The notes beneath the pieces are model-generated. The model saw only the letters and a program-made list of their open reading frames with translations. It did not search any database and was not told the origin of the DNA. The translations under genes and the position numbers were made by a program. A stretch of DNA of 63,941 nucleotides, filler included. It is 8 parts of 8 records of this genome, joined end to end, with 100 filler letters (N's around TTAATTAATTAA, not from the genome) between each part and the next. Parts side by side here need not be neighbours in the genome. Positions count along the whole stretch, not along the records: positions 1 to 6,793 come from SRR7504441_1; positions 6,894 to 27,595 come from SRR7504441_2; 6 more parts are not named here. One strand, given 5' to 3'. The stretch's first letter is position 1. Each line of letters starts with the position of its first letter. Positions 1-12,800 of the stretch are shown here, piece by piece.

Positions 1-18
1 AGCAGAAAGACGCTGCAA

Positions 19-777
19 TCAGAGTTGCTCCGGCTCGGGAGGTGCTTGCCTTGTCATTTCCGGTTTCATTGCTATTTGGGCACCGGGCTCCTGATACCCT
101 TGAGGCGGATTTTTTGCCGCGTGCTCCATTTCTTTGAGAAAGACGAACTGCTTCCACAAGCCACAGCAATAGCAGAACCATATGGTGCAGCAGTTGTCCT
201 CCACAGAGTCAGTGCGCAGCTGGTAGGAATCAATGATCATGTACTCCTGGATGGTGGTGAGACAGGCACCGATGCACGAGAATTGGAGAAGAAAGCTGCC
301 CACCGGAACTCCACCCAATACGACTGGAATGGCGAGGCAACAGCAAGCGCCGCACCCTTTGCCGCCGCAAGGCAAAGGCCCGCACTTTTCCTCCTTTTGA
401 TGCATTGTTACGATCTGCCCGAAGACGCAGCAGGGAGAGTGTACAGCTTGGGGAATGAAGGCCGGGCACCATGTGCAATCGCTCCCGCAGCAACCCATGT
501 CTGAGCCTTCCGGCTTCTTGTACGTGCAGCAGTCCCACCGCCCGATCTTATCCCACCGCTCCTGCGCAAAACCAACAGGCAGGTTGGGATCCGGCCCGGG
601 CACTTGCAGCTGGTCGCTTATGCAGGTGCAGCAGCCATCACACGGCGGACGCTTCTTTGACTGCTGCTGCGCGAGATCTTGTCGCGTATACGGGCTGCCC
701 ACCGAGACATTGGTCACTTGGACAGGTGGTGGTGGCGGTGGCGGTGGCGGAGGAGGTGGTGGAGGGGCCCCGTACAT
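19..777 (-). CDS. PLAC8/cornifelin-like cysteine-rich protein with N-terminal polyproline tract
   Basis: 252-aa ORF; PLAC8-type motifs PCCVFGQI and DNCCTIWFCYCCGLWKQ; hydrophobic central segment; poly-Pro N-terminus. Confidence 0.7.
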   Translation of the reverse strand: MYGAPPPPPPPPPPPPPPVQVTNVSVGSPYTRQDLAQQQSKKRPPCDGCCTCISDQLQVPGPDPNLPVGFAQERWDKIGRWDCCTYKKPEGSDMGCCGSDCTWCPAFIPQAVHSPCCVFGQIVTMHQKEEKCGPLPCGGKGCGACCCLAIPVVLGGVPVGSFLLQFSCIGACLTTIQEYMIIDSYQLRTDSVEDNCCTIWFCYCCGLWKQFVFLKEMEHAAKNPPQGYQEPGAQIAMKPEMTRQAPPEPEQL

Positions 778-842
778 TCGGTCACACCCGCTGATGTCAG
801 CACTAACGGCAATAAAAACGGCACAAAAACTGCATCTTCGGC

Positions 843-3279
843 ATGGCGGCGGTCAGGCTGCTCGCAGTCGGTTGGCTGTGCACACTCGCGGCGGCCACGA
901 CGGTGAGTGTCCAGACGGACAATGTGACGCACCAGATCAACCCTCTGTTCATGGGCTGCCATAGCGACAGCGGGTTCGCGCATACCCAGCGCAACTTCTA
1001 CTCGCAGATGATCTACGGCGAGAGCTTCGAGTTTGGGAACCAGTCCTCCTGGGACTACAAGCCCAACGCGTACGACGCGGCCCCCACCGCCGCCCGCGTC
1101 AAATGGAACAGTCTGATCACCGGCAAGGCTGCCGGCAGCGTGTCGTTTGATCAAAGCGCGGCGCACCACGGCTACGCCTCTCTCAAGCTCGAGCACGCCG
1201 GAGGGGGCGGGGAGGTGGCGGCAACCAACAGAGGGATCGGGAACGAGGGTCTGTTCATCCAAGCCAAGGAGTATGAGGGGTATTTGTTCGCCAAGGCAGG
1301 CCAGGCCGGCGCACGGCTGGTGGTGAGCCTCCGGGACTATACGACCAGCGCGGTGCTGGCCTCTCAGACTATCGAGCTCGCCCCAACCAGCGAGTGGACC
1401 CAGTACAAGTTCCGGCTGAGTGCCGCCGCTGCAGCTGAGTGCAAGGCGGTCCCAGAGGGCTCAAACCCGCAGGTGGATTGCCACGTGATGCGAGGTGGAA
1501 TGGCTGGTCCTCCCACGGCCAGCCAGGGCCACATCTGCATCCAGTGCTTCGGCGAGTTTGCGGTTGGGCTCGACGCGCCCGGGACCGTGCATGTGGACTA
1601 TGTCTTCCTGCAGCCGGGCCAGTGGGGGCGGTATGGCGAAGGCCCATTCGTAAAGGACGGCCTGCAAGTGCTAAAGGACATGGGGATCACAACGATCCGA
1701 CTGGGCGGCAGCTTCACTGACCCGAGTTACTATTTCTGGAAGAACTGGCGTGGCAACCCGTGGGAGCGCCAGAGCCTGGGTGCCAAGTGGGGGTCGGAGA
1801 TTGTCTCCGGGTTTGGACCGTTCGAGTTCATCGACATGTGCGCCGAGCTCGGGATCGAGCCGGTAGTCACCACCACCGGGCAAGCCGGCGGGTCAGTGCC
1901 CTGCTGCAATGCCAGCGACATGGCCGATTTGATCGAATACACCTGGGGCGACAGCGATACCCGGTGGGGCAAGCAACGGGCCGATGATGGGCATCCCGAG
2001 CCCTACCAGTTGCGGTACGTCGAGCTCGGAAACGAGCAATACAATACAGACTACCCCAAGCAGGTGGCGGCGATGGAAGCCAGGGCCAAGGCGATAGGCA
2101 AGCCCGACTTCTTCTATTACCTCTCGCCAAACAACGGTCCAAAACAGGCTGCGGAAGTGGGGCTGAGTCTGTTGCAGGCAAGTGGCTGGATGAGCAAGAC
2201 GCGGCTGCTGTCGAGGCGCTCGGACTCGGAACTCGTGTGCTGTCGGATCTGCATGTCGGTGCCGGAGGCGGTGTGGAGGCTGCCACTGCGCTGTTTACAT
2301 CTCACCCAAATAACACGATGGGCGCAGCCAACGCTGAGGTCTGCAGCACCGTCGTGCCTGTGTTAGATTGAGATGTGTTGCTCAGACTAATGATGGCACC
2401 CACACCATGCTGCGGGCAGCCAAAGAGGCGGCAGATCTGAATGAATGGTTCAACTGCTTTGCTGTGGACGGCACAGGCGCCTTCTGCGATCGGCTCAAGT
2501 TCCGGACAGCATCCTTCTGCAATGAGCGGTCCGGCCACTTTGACGCGTTTGATCAAGGCATTTCCATGTTTCTGCCTAACATGACGGTGTTTTAATGGGC
2601 CTGAGCCTGTTGCTGAGAGAGGTTGTGGCAGTGGATTCAGCCACCAGGCTACGTCCATGTGATGTACTCTCAGACCTGGCATGCCAATGGACTGTCTGTT
2701 CAGGTCAGCAGCGATCATCAGGAGTGCGACTTCTACGCCTTTTTCAAGGACCATGGCTGTAGAACTTGGAGCGGCAACTGCACCCAGGCCACCTGGCCCG
2801 GTGGTCCCCAGTCCACGCCTACTCTGCACAAGAATGTAGGCCATGGTGCGTTCCCAGTGGTTGGGACAAACGTGTATTGCTCTGAGCAGCCGGTATTTCA
2901 AGACGGGCCAGCCGCCACAGCTTCAGACGAAGCTTGCCAGCAACAATGCTTGAAGGGCGCGCCACCGGTGGTGTCGGCGTCGGCTCAAAAGAGCGAGGAC
3001 GGCACCGAGCTGGTGCTCCGACTGGCCAATCCGGGAGACAACGCGGCTGTGGTTGCGGTCGATTTCGAAGGCGCAGACCAGTGGACACTAAAGGAGCAAT
3101 GGATGTTGAGCAGCCCAGCGGCCGATCTCGCCACCCAGCGCTTTGATGCAAACACACCCGCCGAGCCGACACGAATTGCTCCAGTCAAGACAGTATCAAC
3201 CACATCGGCTGCAACGAGATCTATCACCGTAGCTCCAATCTCAATCGTTGTGAATGTGTACACGAATTCGAAACATTAA
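843..3279 (+). CDS. Secreted GH51-like alpha-L-arabinofuranosidase, ~767 aa, 4 exons
   Basis: Signal-peptide-like N-terminus; GH51-type motifs SQMIYGESFE, FGPFEFIDMC, RADDGHPEPYQLRYVELGNEQY, C-terminal VSASAQKSEDGTELVLRLANP. GT-AG introns 2137-2177, 2339-2385 and 2587-2631 join the reading frames into one CDS. Confidence 0.88.
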
Positions 3280-3553
3280 TGACATTATTCAATATGTTGT
3301 AGACTACTCTACTGTCTAGAGAGCTGAAGTCTAATTATCAATACAAATAGTGGATTTAAAGCTTCAAATACAAGGTTGGTACACGGGTACCGAAGTACAG
3401 GTACGGCTGCACCGCTGCCGTGCGGCTGTAGTGATCAGTAGCGCTGTCGTTTGCAGCACACAACGGTCACAACCGCCAGGGCTCGACTCGGCGCAGGCAC
3501 ATCTCCGAGCCCAGCGACTCGCAAGGGGGTTGGCCTCGTAGCGCCGGTGGCGG

Positions 3554-6500
3554 ATGGACCCCTACGCGCGGATCGAGCGCGGTCGGTGTGCTCACGCCCC
3601 GCAGCTGGCTGCGGCCGGGCCCGGTGGGAGCGCTAGCTGGGAATGGTCGTGCTCGGGCTCGGCCGAGCGGTGCCTCACCATCACTGACCTCACCGTTAAG
3701 AAAACGAGCGAGACGGACGGCGACTACCACTTGGCCTTCAGCCCGGAGCTCGCCCGCGGGCGGCATACCTGGACCGTGCACGTGCGCGGCCGCCGGGCGA
3801 GCGGTGGCGCCAACGGGGGGGGGGCAGGTGGGCCACTCTTCTAATATGAGCATGGGGATCTGCGCCGGGGAGCTTGCGCCCAACAAACACGCCACCAGCT
3901 CGCCGAACCGCAACTGGTGCCTGATCTTCTACGCCGGCGGCTCTATGTACGAGTACAACAAGTGAGTGTATCGGGGCGCACAGGTTGGTCACCCGGGGGG
4001 GCAGCGGGAGCCAGGTCCGTTGCACCGAGACGAGGTACGACTGGAATGGCGATGGCAAGAAGGTCCAGTTCAGCTACGACGCCGGCTCGGGCAGCTTCGC
4101 GGTCTTGAACGATGGCGATCCAAAGTTTGAGTATAGCGTGGCCTCGGAGTCAATGCCGGTCAAGTTTTGGGTCTGCCTGGTGGGCTAGCCTTCAGTGAGC
4201 GCTGGCCGGAGCGTCCGGGGCAGGACTACACGAATGAATGGATCCGGCTCGAGGACTACACCGCCCGGGTGCTGCCCGCAGCGGGCTGCCACTCACAGAT
4301 GAGCCTGCAGACCGGTGGCACCGGTGGTTCGCTTGACCCTTATCAAGAGCTGTTCGCCCCCGGGCTGGCCGAGGAGGCCGAAAAGCTAGCCGGACCGTTC
4401 GAGCAGGCCGTCGCCAGCACTCGGCGAGGGCTGCATCGTGACCCGTCGCTTGCTGACCCGATAGACGCTATCGTGGGCGGGCACTCTGGGCTGTTTGCGC
4501 CTGCGATGCCGGACTCGGTGCGGATGAAGGCTGCGAGAGAGCTGGCCAAAGCCACTCGGCTGTTCACGCGGGCCAAGCAGGAGACTGAGAGCACGGCGCT
4601 CGCGATGCGCACAGCTTTGGCACGCGTGAGTTCCATCTCATGCTAGATTGTTCATAGCGCGGATGACTGGCGCAGCTTAGTAGCTCAACCAGCCGGCAGG
4701 TGGACGCGCTCCTCAAGGGGGCAATCAAGCAGGCGGCCGACGCGGCCCCCAAGCCCGTACCCAAGCGGAAGAATGGCGTCAAGCAGACCGCTGAGACAGC
4801 CAACATTGCTATGCTCAAGCTGATGCTCACAATGGTCAACGCCAAGGTGGCCTCCCCGCGCAGCCCAGCCTGAGCCCGGTCCAGGCCAAGGTGGATCCGG
4901 CCACCATGAAGCGGGTGCTGGGGGTTATCGAACGAACACTCGAGGAGCTTGGAGCCGGCGCGCTCTCAAAAAACTCGACTGTGCGACCCAAGGAGCTCAA
5001 GTCGACCTTGATGGATCAGATCACCGACTTCCTGGCCGCTTCGCTGCGCTCCGCCACCGATGAGCCGATGCAGCGCCAGCTGGCAGCTGCTTTGACTCAG
5101 TTCGCAGCAGTCCGCAGTGACTTCCGGTATCAGGTGCAGTTTCGGATGTGAGCAGAACGGGCTGATCCATCGGGGTGCAGGCGGCTGCGTTGAGCACCAA
5201 GCGGGCGACCGGGATCAGCTGGCTTGAAGCTGAAGTCCAGCAAGGCTTGACGGCGCTGCTGGACAAGGTTGTGGTCCCGCATCTGGACGACACCCGCGAG
5301 GGCCTGCCGGATGCCGCTACCCAGGCCAGCGGGATGCTCGAAAAGCTGCTCCGGCGGGCGGTATGCGCGCACTAGGCCGCGGCGTGACAGTGGGCAGGTG
5401 CTGGACCCAACCGCTAACCAGACACAGCTTGAGGAGCAGATGCAGCGGGTCTGGCCAGATGAGGCAACTCGTCCCGGGTTGGGATATTTTGGCACAGTGG
5501 CCGCGGTCGGAATGATGCGCAGTGTCACCCGTCATGCGATAGCTGAGGCCAACAGAGGGGCTGATTGGTACATGAGTATGCGCTGCTTTTTCTCATCGGA
5601 TGATGAGCGCTATGGATTCGAAGCAATGTGCTCACAGGTGAACGCTCAGTGTGCTTGGGGTTGACCGGTTAGTTCAGATCTGCACTCTGAGAGAGAAGTT
5701 CCCCAAGCTGAGTTCTCGCGATCAAACCAAGGAGCTGGAAGGCCTGCTCATACCAAATGCTCAGGCGCTGTCTGCTGTGCACACTGGGCTGATGGCTCGT
5801 GAATACGAGCGACTGGAGATCAGCACCCAGATAGAGCTAGCACTGTGCGTATATTGTGTGATGCAGAGCGTGCTCAGGGCTGGCTGCATTGCATTAGTGG
5901 AGCAAACGGCGGAGCCCCCGCAGGCAATAGATCTATCCCAGCTGGCGCAGCAGGCTGTGGGTCTCCAACTTGGGGCTCCAGAGCTGCACAATACCGCAAT
6001 TGGCAAACAAGTGAAGGCTGCTGCACAGCGGATTCCAAAGATCTGGCCTGCAGGCTTGCATGTGCCGCATGGCGACCCAGGCGTGCTTGAAAAGAAGAAG
6101 CCAGAGACAGTCCTGTATCCGCCAACAGGGGAGTATGCAATCATTGATCCATGCAATTATATATTCGAGTTTGCTGTGGGCATACTGAAGGAGACAGTGG
6201 CGGAGCTCCGGCAGGCAGCAAGTGCAGGAAAGGAGGCATTTAATGCTGCTAGCATCAAGATGCTTCGGTTGCTACGTCTGACAGCACTCAACTTGGCTGC
6301 TTGGCAAGAAAAAAAGCTAAGCAAGGAGGAGGCTGGTCAGGAGTTGAGTGCAGGAAGTGTCCCAAGCCCGGAGCTGCAGCAAGCTCTGTTTGACACGGCT
6401 CGTCAGACGCTCACTGGACTGGAATCCATATACAAGCAGCCAGATGCAGCTGCTCTTGGGGAGGAGCTCCCAGAGATTGTGTCGATGTATGGCGATGCGC

Positions 6501-6793
6501 TCCTTCAGCAAGCAAGCACATTCTACTATATGAACTCTAAGAATTCTTCACAGCTTCTCATGGATACAATTGACAGTGCTGGTGTCCAGATGTCTGAGTC
6601 GGCTGTAACTCTATATCCCAATGCCGTGCCAGTATCAGCTTCAGTGGGGCGCAAAGTGGTAGATGCTATGTGCTCAAACATCAACAGTCCAATTCAGGCT
6701 GCACTACTCTTTGACAGCACCAACCAGGCAGATGCGCTGGCTAACTTGGACAACACTGAGCCTGTGATCAAGATTGTCGACTCTTTCATGGTC
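3554..6793 (+). CDS. Large multi-exon protein with N-terminal SPRY/B30.2-like beta-sandwich followed by a helical region; 3' end truncated by contig end
   Basis: GT-AG introns 3782-3827, 3962-4004, 4180-4223, possibly 4269-4310, 4626-4675, 4847-4884/4890, 5134-5180, 5361-5397 and 5638-5677 join short ORFs. SPRY-like pattern RGRHTWTVHV...MSMGIC...VQFSYDAGSGSFAVLNDG...PVKFWVCL. Confidence 0.6.
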
Positions 6794-6893
6794 NNNNNNN
6801 NNNNNNNNNNNNNNNNNNNNNNNNNNNNNNNNNNNNNTTAATTAATTAANNNNNNNNNNNNNNNNNNNNNNNNNNNNNNNNNNNNNNNNNNNN
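6794..6893. other. Artificial contig-joining spacer (44 N + TTAATTAATTAA + 44 N)
   Basis: Identical 100-nt block with stop codons in all six frames, repeated seven times in the window. Confidence 0.98.
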
Positions 6894-6894
6894 A

Positions 6895-9800
6895 GGTCTG
6901 GATTTCAAGAAGCTGCCAATGCTCGAAAACATTGATTCCGAATTAATGCCAAAGTTAATCGAGACTCTTGTAACGTACTCAAACTTCGATGGAACTGTAA
7001 CCATTCCATCTCTACTAGATTCTGCTCCGGGTGCACCTGTGGTGCAAACGCTCATGCCTGTTCAATCAGGATTGCAGCTGGTCAGTGGCTGTGTTGTGCC
7101 AGCATCATCAACCTATGAAGCAATTACAAATGGGAAGGAGGTCAAAGCCTCTATTGCTGGAAGCATCAATTTCAACACTGGTGCATTCAGCCTGTCAATG
7201 GATATGGAGGGCGACATCGGTTATCACTCATCTGGATTCTCATTAGCAGTAACCAGATTGAGTTTTCTGATTCAACGCTCGGCATCTGATCCCGATACAG
7301 CACAACTCATTGAAGCTGCAAATAACTCTGCTACAAGTGCCGGTAAGAGCAACATGCTATTTCAGATGCAGGGTCATGGGTATGTTAAAGTCCCCTCCAT
7401 AGATATCGAGCTACAGATCAAAATGACTGGCCAACTAGATCGGCAAAGTACATTACTGCAAGCCTCAGTTGATGGTAAACTATTCAACACAAATGTCTCC
7501 CTTATTGTTGGCCTGGCTTCACCAAAGGGGGGAAATGCGCGTTACTATTGTGTGTTTTCGATGCCCAAAGGGTTGAAGCTTGCCGACATCCCAGGGCTTT
7601 CGAGCATACCTAAGATCGATCAAGTCCCAACCCTGTTCAATGGAACCAAGCTCACCTTTGCAAACTATGATGGGACTGTTGGCTCGCTGTCTGCTGCAAA
7701 TCTGGTACAGGACGTGACTAAGAGCATTCTGAGACTCGAAAAAGCCATCTATCAAAAGGTGAAGAGCAACAAGACTGACCTAGTTTCTTTGTTGGCCGAG
7801 CTGAAGTCTGTCAAGCGCAGAATTTTGAATGCCACTGACCAATTGATTGCTGCCAAAACTGCCGTAGAAATTCGATCTGTCGACCAGGCTCTGAAGGACA
7901 TTGGTGCCAACGCAACTCAGACGATGAAGACTGTAGCTTCCGTGATGGAAGATATTGGAGCAAGCCAGGAGAGCTTTGCTCAGATTGCTATGAACACTCT
8001 TCTTGCTCGAGTTCCAGTTGGTCTACAAGCTACGATCAAGAATTTTGCCAACCAACTTGTTGCAGCAAGGGAGGCGCTCAATGCTGCACGTTTGAATCAG
8101 ACGATTGGAGAAGGCGTGAACACAACGCAATTGGTAAATGCTGCTACCAGTGCGTTCAAAGATCTCACTGACCTTGTTGGTGACCCCATTGTGGAGTCAT
8201 CTTACATGCAAGCTCTGACAAGTAGTAAAGATGCGACAACCATGCTGGATGAGGCAAAACAGTCTCTACAGACAGCCCAATCGACCTTCAAGATAGCGCA
8301 GAAAGCGGTGGCTGACCTGCTCAGTGCTGCTAAGGGATCATCTGGTTCAGTCCTGCTGCAAAGCCCCGATAACTGGAACGAAGTCGGAGAGCCTGGTATT
8401 GATTCCGCAGAGGTGACCGACATGGACAACAAGGTGGATTTATTCCTGGCAGCACAGCAGGCGCTTGGAGACAAGGTACAGCAAGCTAATCATGTGGATG
8501 GCTCCAGTGTTGATATTAAAGCTGCGCAAGCTGCTTTTGACACTGCAAAATCTGCCATGCAATCTGCAATGACCAGCTTGGGTTTGAAAGCAGCGCAAGA
8601 TCAAGCACGCTACATTTCTGCATTCAAATTCAAACAAGAAGCTGGTGGGAAATTTGACGCGTTGAACAAATTGAAGGACAACAGTGAACTGACTTTAAGC
8701 GACGCCAAATCCAGGATGGCAGATCTCCTGTCAAAAGCCAACTTCGGACCTGAGAAGATCAAGCAAATAGAAAAAATGGCAGCGCTAGCACACTCAGCCC
8801 AACAGGCCGTCATGGGAGACAGCCGAGCAGAGATTCTGGTTCAGCAAGCACAGAGCGCCATGAATGCTGCCTTCCAGCTTGCTGGAGTAGACCCGTCAGC
8901 CAATACGAATTACATGAAATTCCTCCAAGATGCAGCTGTTGGTTCTGGTCTGATAACAGAAAGTCAGAGCAAACTGTTGCAATTAGCCCTAAGCAGCCTC
9001 GACATTTCCAAGGGGCTTCGAATTCCGAGAACTACAGCTACACTCCCTGCAGACACAGGTGTAGGTCGGATAACGGGTGGTCGAGACCTGAACATGACAG
9101 TCGAGGCATGGCTAAATTTGGAGACCAAGGAATTTGCCATGAACGCGAGCTTGTCTGCAGTGTCAGCTAAGGCTACTGCTGACGCCCTGGGAAAACCTAC
9201 GGCTGGTGTGACCATGCGCATGAACCATGTTGGTTTAGAATTTTCACGCACCAAGCCAGTTGCAGTGACCTGTAGCATGGACGAGGACTGTCCTCTGGTA
9301 GTGGGTTATGCAGATTCCTGCTGCCGGTCTGGAAAATGTGTTCCTTCAGAAACCTGCGAGACACTGGATAATTCATCTGACCCTGCGAGCAACTCTTCAA
9401 ACTCTTCAATGGAAATCCGGGTTGCTCTCAACCTTAATGCAAGTGTTGTCATCCAACAGCTACCTAAACCGATTGATGTCTCAGTCACTGGTCTTTACAA
9501 TAGTAAGGAGCTGAGACTAGTAGGATATGCCAAGACCACCTTCTATGACGAACGCGCTCTCTTCAGTCTGGCATTGGTCAAACCACTTGGCTCTGATGGG
9601 CGACCTGCAGGTGGCAACTCCTCATTTGCAGCCCTGCTGTCGCTGCCAGATGGATTTTCATTTTCCAAACTGGTGAGTCCTTCAGTCGATGGAGCCAGCT
9701 CCCTGCCAAGGCTGACAGATACTCAGGTACTTGTTGCAAATCTGGATGGCACTATGGCTATGCCAGTTTTCGTCAAAGATGCTTCTGGCAACGCTACGGC

Positions 9801-12800
9801 TCAAGTGGCTATAAACAACATCTATGTGAAGAATGGCCTTCATTTCCATAGTGGCTGTATCATCTCTGGTTCCAGCCGCATGGGTACTGTGACGAATGAT
9901 AAGGACATTGAGGCAACCATCGCAGGTACCCTGGACTTCAAGACCAAGGCGTTTGATCTGGCAGTGGCTGTCAAGTCTGGTAGTGGCTTAAGTATTGGCT
10001 CTGGAGACTTCTCCTTCGCGGTCACATGGTTGTCATTCAGACTCAGGCGATCAGCAGAATCAGCTATCTTTTTCAGTTTTGACGGCAGAGCTGCGCTTCG
10101 TCTACCATTCCTTGACGATAAGATCAACATTACAGCTACAGGCCAGTTCTCCAACACTTCAATGAGCATATCTGCCTCTGTCGATGCGAATATCTGGAGT
10201 ACTCCTATTACGCTTGGCTTTGGAATGTCAAAACAGCGCAAGTCCAAAGAGAAGACAAAATATTATGCGATGCTAGAATTGAAAGAGGGCATCAAGCTGA
10301 CCAAAATACTCGGCGATAAAATTGATGGAATTGGCCAGGTTCCAGAATTTGCCAAGGGAGCAAAGCTGGCATACAGTAACTATGACGGGTTAGTTGGCAC
10401 ACTATCGCTCGATTTCCTTGCTGACAAGATAAAGGGACTATTGTCCAACATTACGAAAATTGGCGGTTCCAACAGTACAGCAATTGAAGGTTCCAAAGCA
10501 AATGCAGCTCAGAAAGCCCTCAAGGACATCCTTAGCTTGTTGAGTCGGTACACTGGAGCAACATCCACTGAGCTGGTGGAGGAGAGGGCCCAACTCAGCA
10601 GCCCGGTGGAATCGAAGGCCAGCGATTTGCTGACCAAGGCTTTGAATGCTCAGAATCTTGCTGTTGATGTACTTTTGAAGCTAGCGACACAAGCTGAAAA
10701 ACAAGCCTATGCGAAGCTTGCAGATGTCTTGGGGTCCGCCCAAGACGCCACAGCAGTTGAGGCCATTATTGAAGTAGGAACCGAATATCTCAAGTCTCAG
10801 CTAGAGCTCAAGGAAGCGCAAGAAAGTGTGACACCTACATCCTTACCAGTAAACATCACAGGAACACTGGCGACTCTGAATCAAAAGTTTCTCAGCGCAA
10901 AAGATGACTTGGCAGAAAAGTTTGGGCTCTTAAAGATGGACAAGGATAAACAAGATCTGTTCATGAAGCTTCTGAAAGGTTGGCAACAATTTAAGGACAA
11001 CAAGGCCGGCTGGTTAGACAAGCAGAAGTTGCTTGAATTGGCAGGGCTAAAGCTACAAAATGGCGCTCTTGTGATTCCTTACAGTCAGATGGTGTTTTCT
11101 CCTTCCGGGGCTCTGGGTGTGCTTACAAAGAATGGCCAGCCACTCACCGTTGGCGTTGTCGGCTTTATTCACCCGAAGAACAAAACATTTGCTCTGAACG
11201 TTACCTTAGAAGGACTGAACATTAACTTCGGGAATGTTGGTGACCTTGCTGTCACCTATCTAAAAATGTCGATTCATCGTCTGGTGCAGGCCAAGCCTGT
11301 CACCTTCTACCTTTTTGGGAACGGGTCTGTATCACTGTTAAACTTCCCAAAGCAGACAATCAATCTGATCGAAGGTCACCTCGTGGGATCAAAGTTTACA
11401 TTCAATGCTCAGATCAGTACAGACCTTTGGGGCACCCCACTGCGATCTTTCATGAGCTTTGAAAAAGACGGCAAAAACAAGACAATTGCGGTCTATATCT
11501 CACTGCCTGCAGGCTTCTCGCTGAGTCAAATCCCAGCATTGAAGAATGATGATTTCCAGATGCCAACTGTTGAAAAGGGTGGTAGTATGATGTTGGCAAA
11601 TTATAATGGTTCAATCACTGTACCAGCTATTGCAGCTTCTAATACCACTGCTGGTACTGAGGAGCATGTGGTGCAAGTATTCAAAGGATTTGCTCTGCGT
11701 AACACTACTGTCAATATTCCACTAGACATGATCTCTGAGGGCTCTTCAGTCTCCTGCTTCATTGAGGGATGGATAAAAATTGATGGTAACAAACTTGGAA
11801 ACGACTTTTCATTCAGGGCTGTGATTCGCACAAAACTTGAACTTGGAGATGGGAAAGTTGAGATCACCGGAGGAGGCGACCCCAGTGGTGCTGTAGCAGG
11901 CAAGGGGGCCTACTTGGACCTCAAATTGGCAAGGATCGCCGGCAATTTTACAGCAACGTTCGAAGGCAGCGCTGTATTGAAAGTCAAGCAGTGGGATATC
12001 GAGTTTGGTGTCCTAATGAAGGGGACCATAAAAAAGACATTGGTCCGGTTCGAGGCAAGCGCGTTCGTGGATCTATGGGGTGGGCGGGTACAGGCAATGG
12101 TCGACATCGTAAAACCTCGTGGCGAGGCAAGCAAGACAAAAGACATGACGTATGCAGCTACACTTGTCGTCACAGATCTTCAATTTGCAAATATAAACGC
12201 TCTTAAGGGTGACAGTACAGCAGGGGGGCTGGGAAAGATTTCACTGGGTGTCTTGGTGTTTGCGAACCGAAATGGTACCATAAATCCATGGAGGACGTCG
12301 CCAAACAAGTTACGCAACTTCACAATGGACGATTCGTATCACACAGAATTCTCCTACCGAGCAGGTGTCACTCTTCACTGCGAGATCAGCGCTGCTTCTG
12401 CCACCTCCTTGTCACCGCTGATGGATCAAATAGATGCCGAAAAGGTCCCCAAAGTGTTGGTGAATGCTTATTTCCCATGGAAGAAGGAGGGCGATCAATG
12501 TCAAAACTACCTGATCAGAGGTGAGCTCAAAGGCGATCTCAGCTTTGGATCCACATCAGGAGCGAATTCAATGGCACAGTTCACAATCTCAAAGTTGGGC
12601 TTTGGGTTACAACGGCTTGATTGTCAGACGGAATTTCATTTTGAAGCAAATTGGACTCTTGTCTTTGGCAGCGACATCACCAGCCTGTATCACCTTCCAC
12701 GGCTGGGTGGCGAAGCCAGAATTGACTATGCGCCAACAGGACTCAACATAACCGGGAAAGCAACACTTGATAATTTCTTCGGGATGTCAGCCCGGCTTGA

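Noticed and set aside
724-766. GGT/GGC/GGA triplet run
   Set aside because: Simply encodes the polyproline tract of the PLAC8-like protein on the minus strand.
5651-6919. Joining the SPRY-like gene to the giant beta-repeat gene across the spacer
   Set aside because: The spacer carries no linkage information and the two proteins differ in character and intron density.
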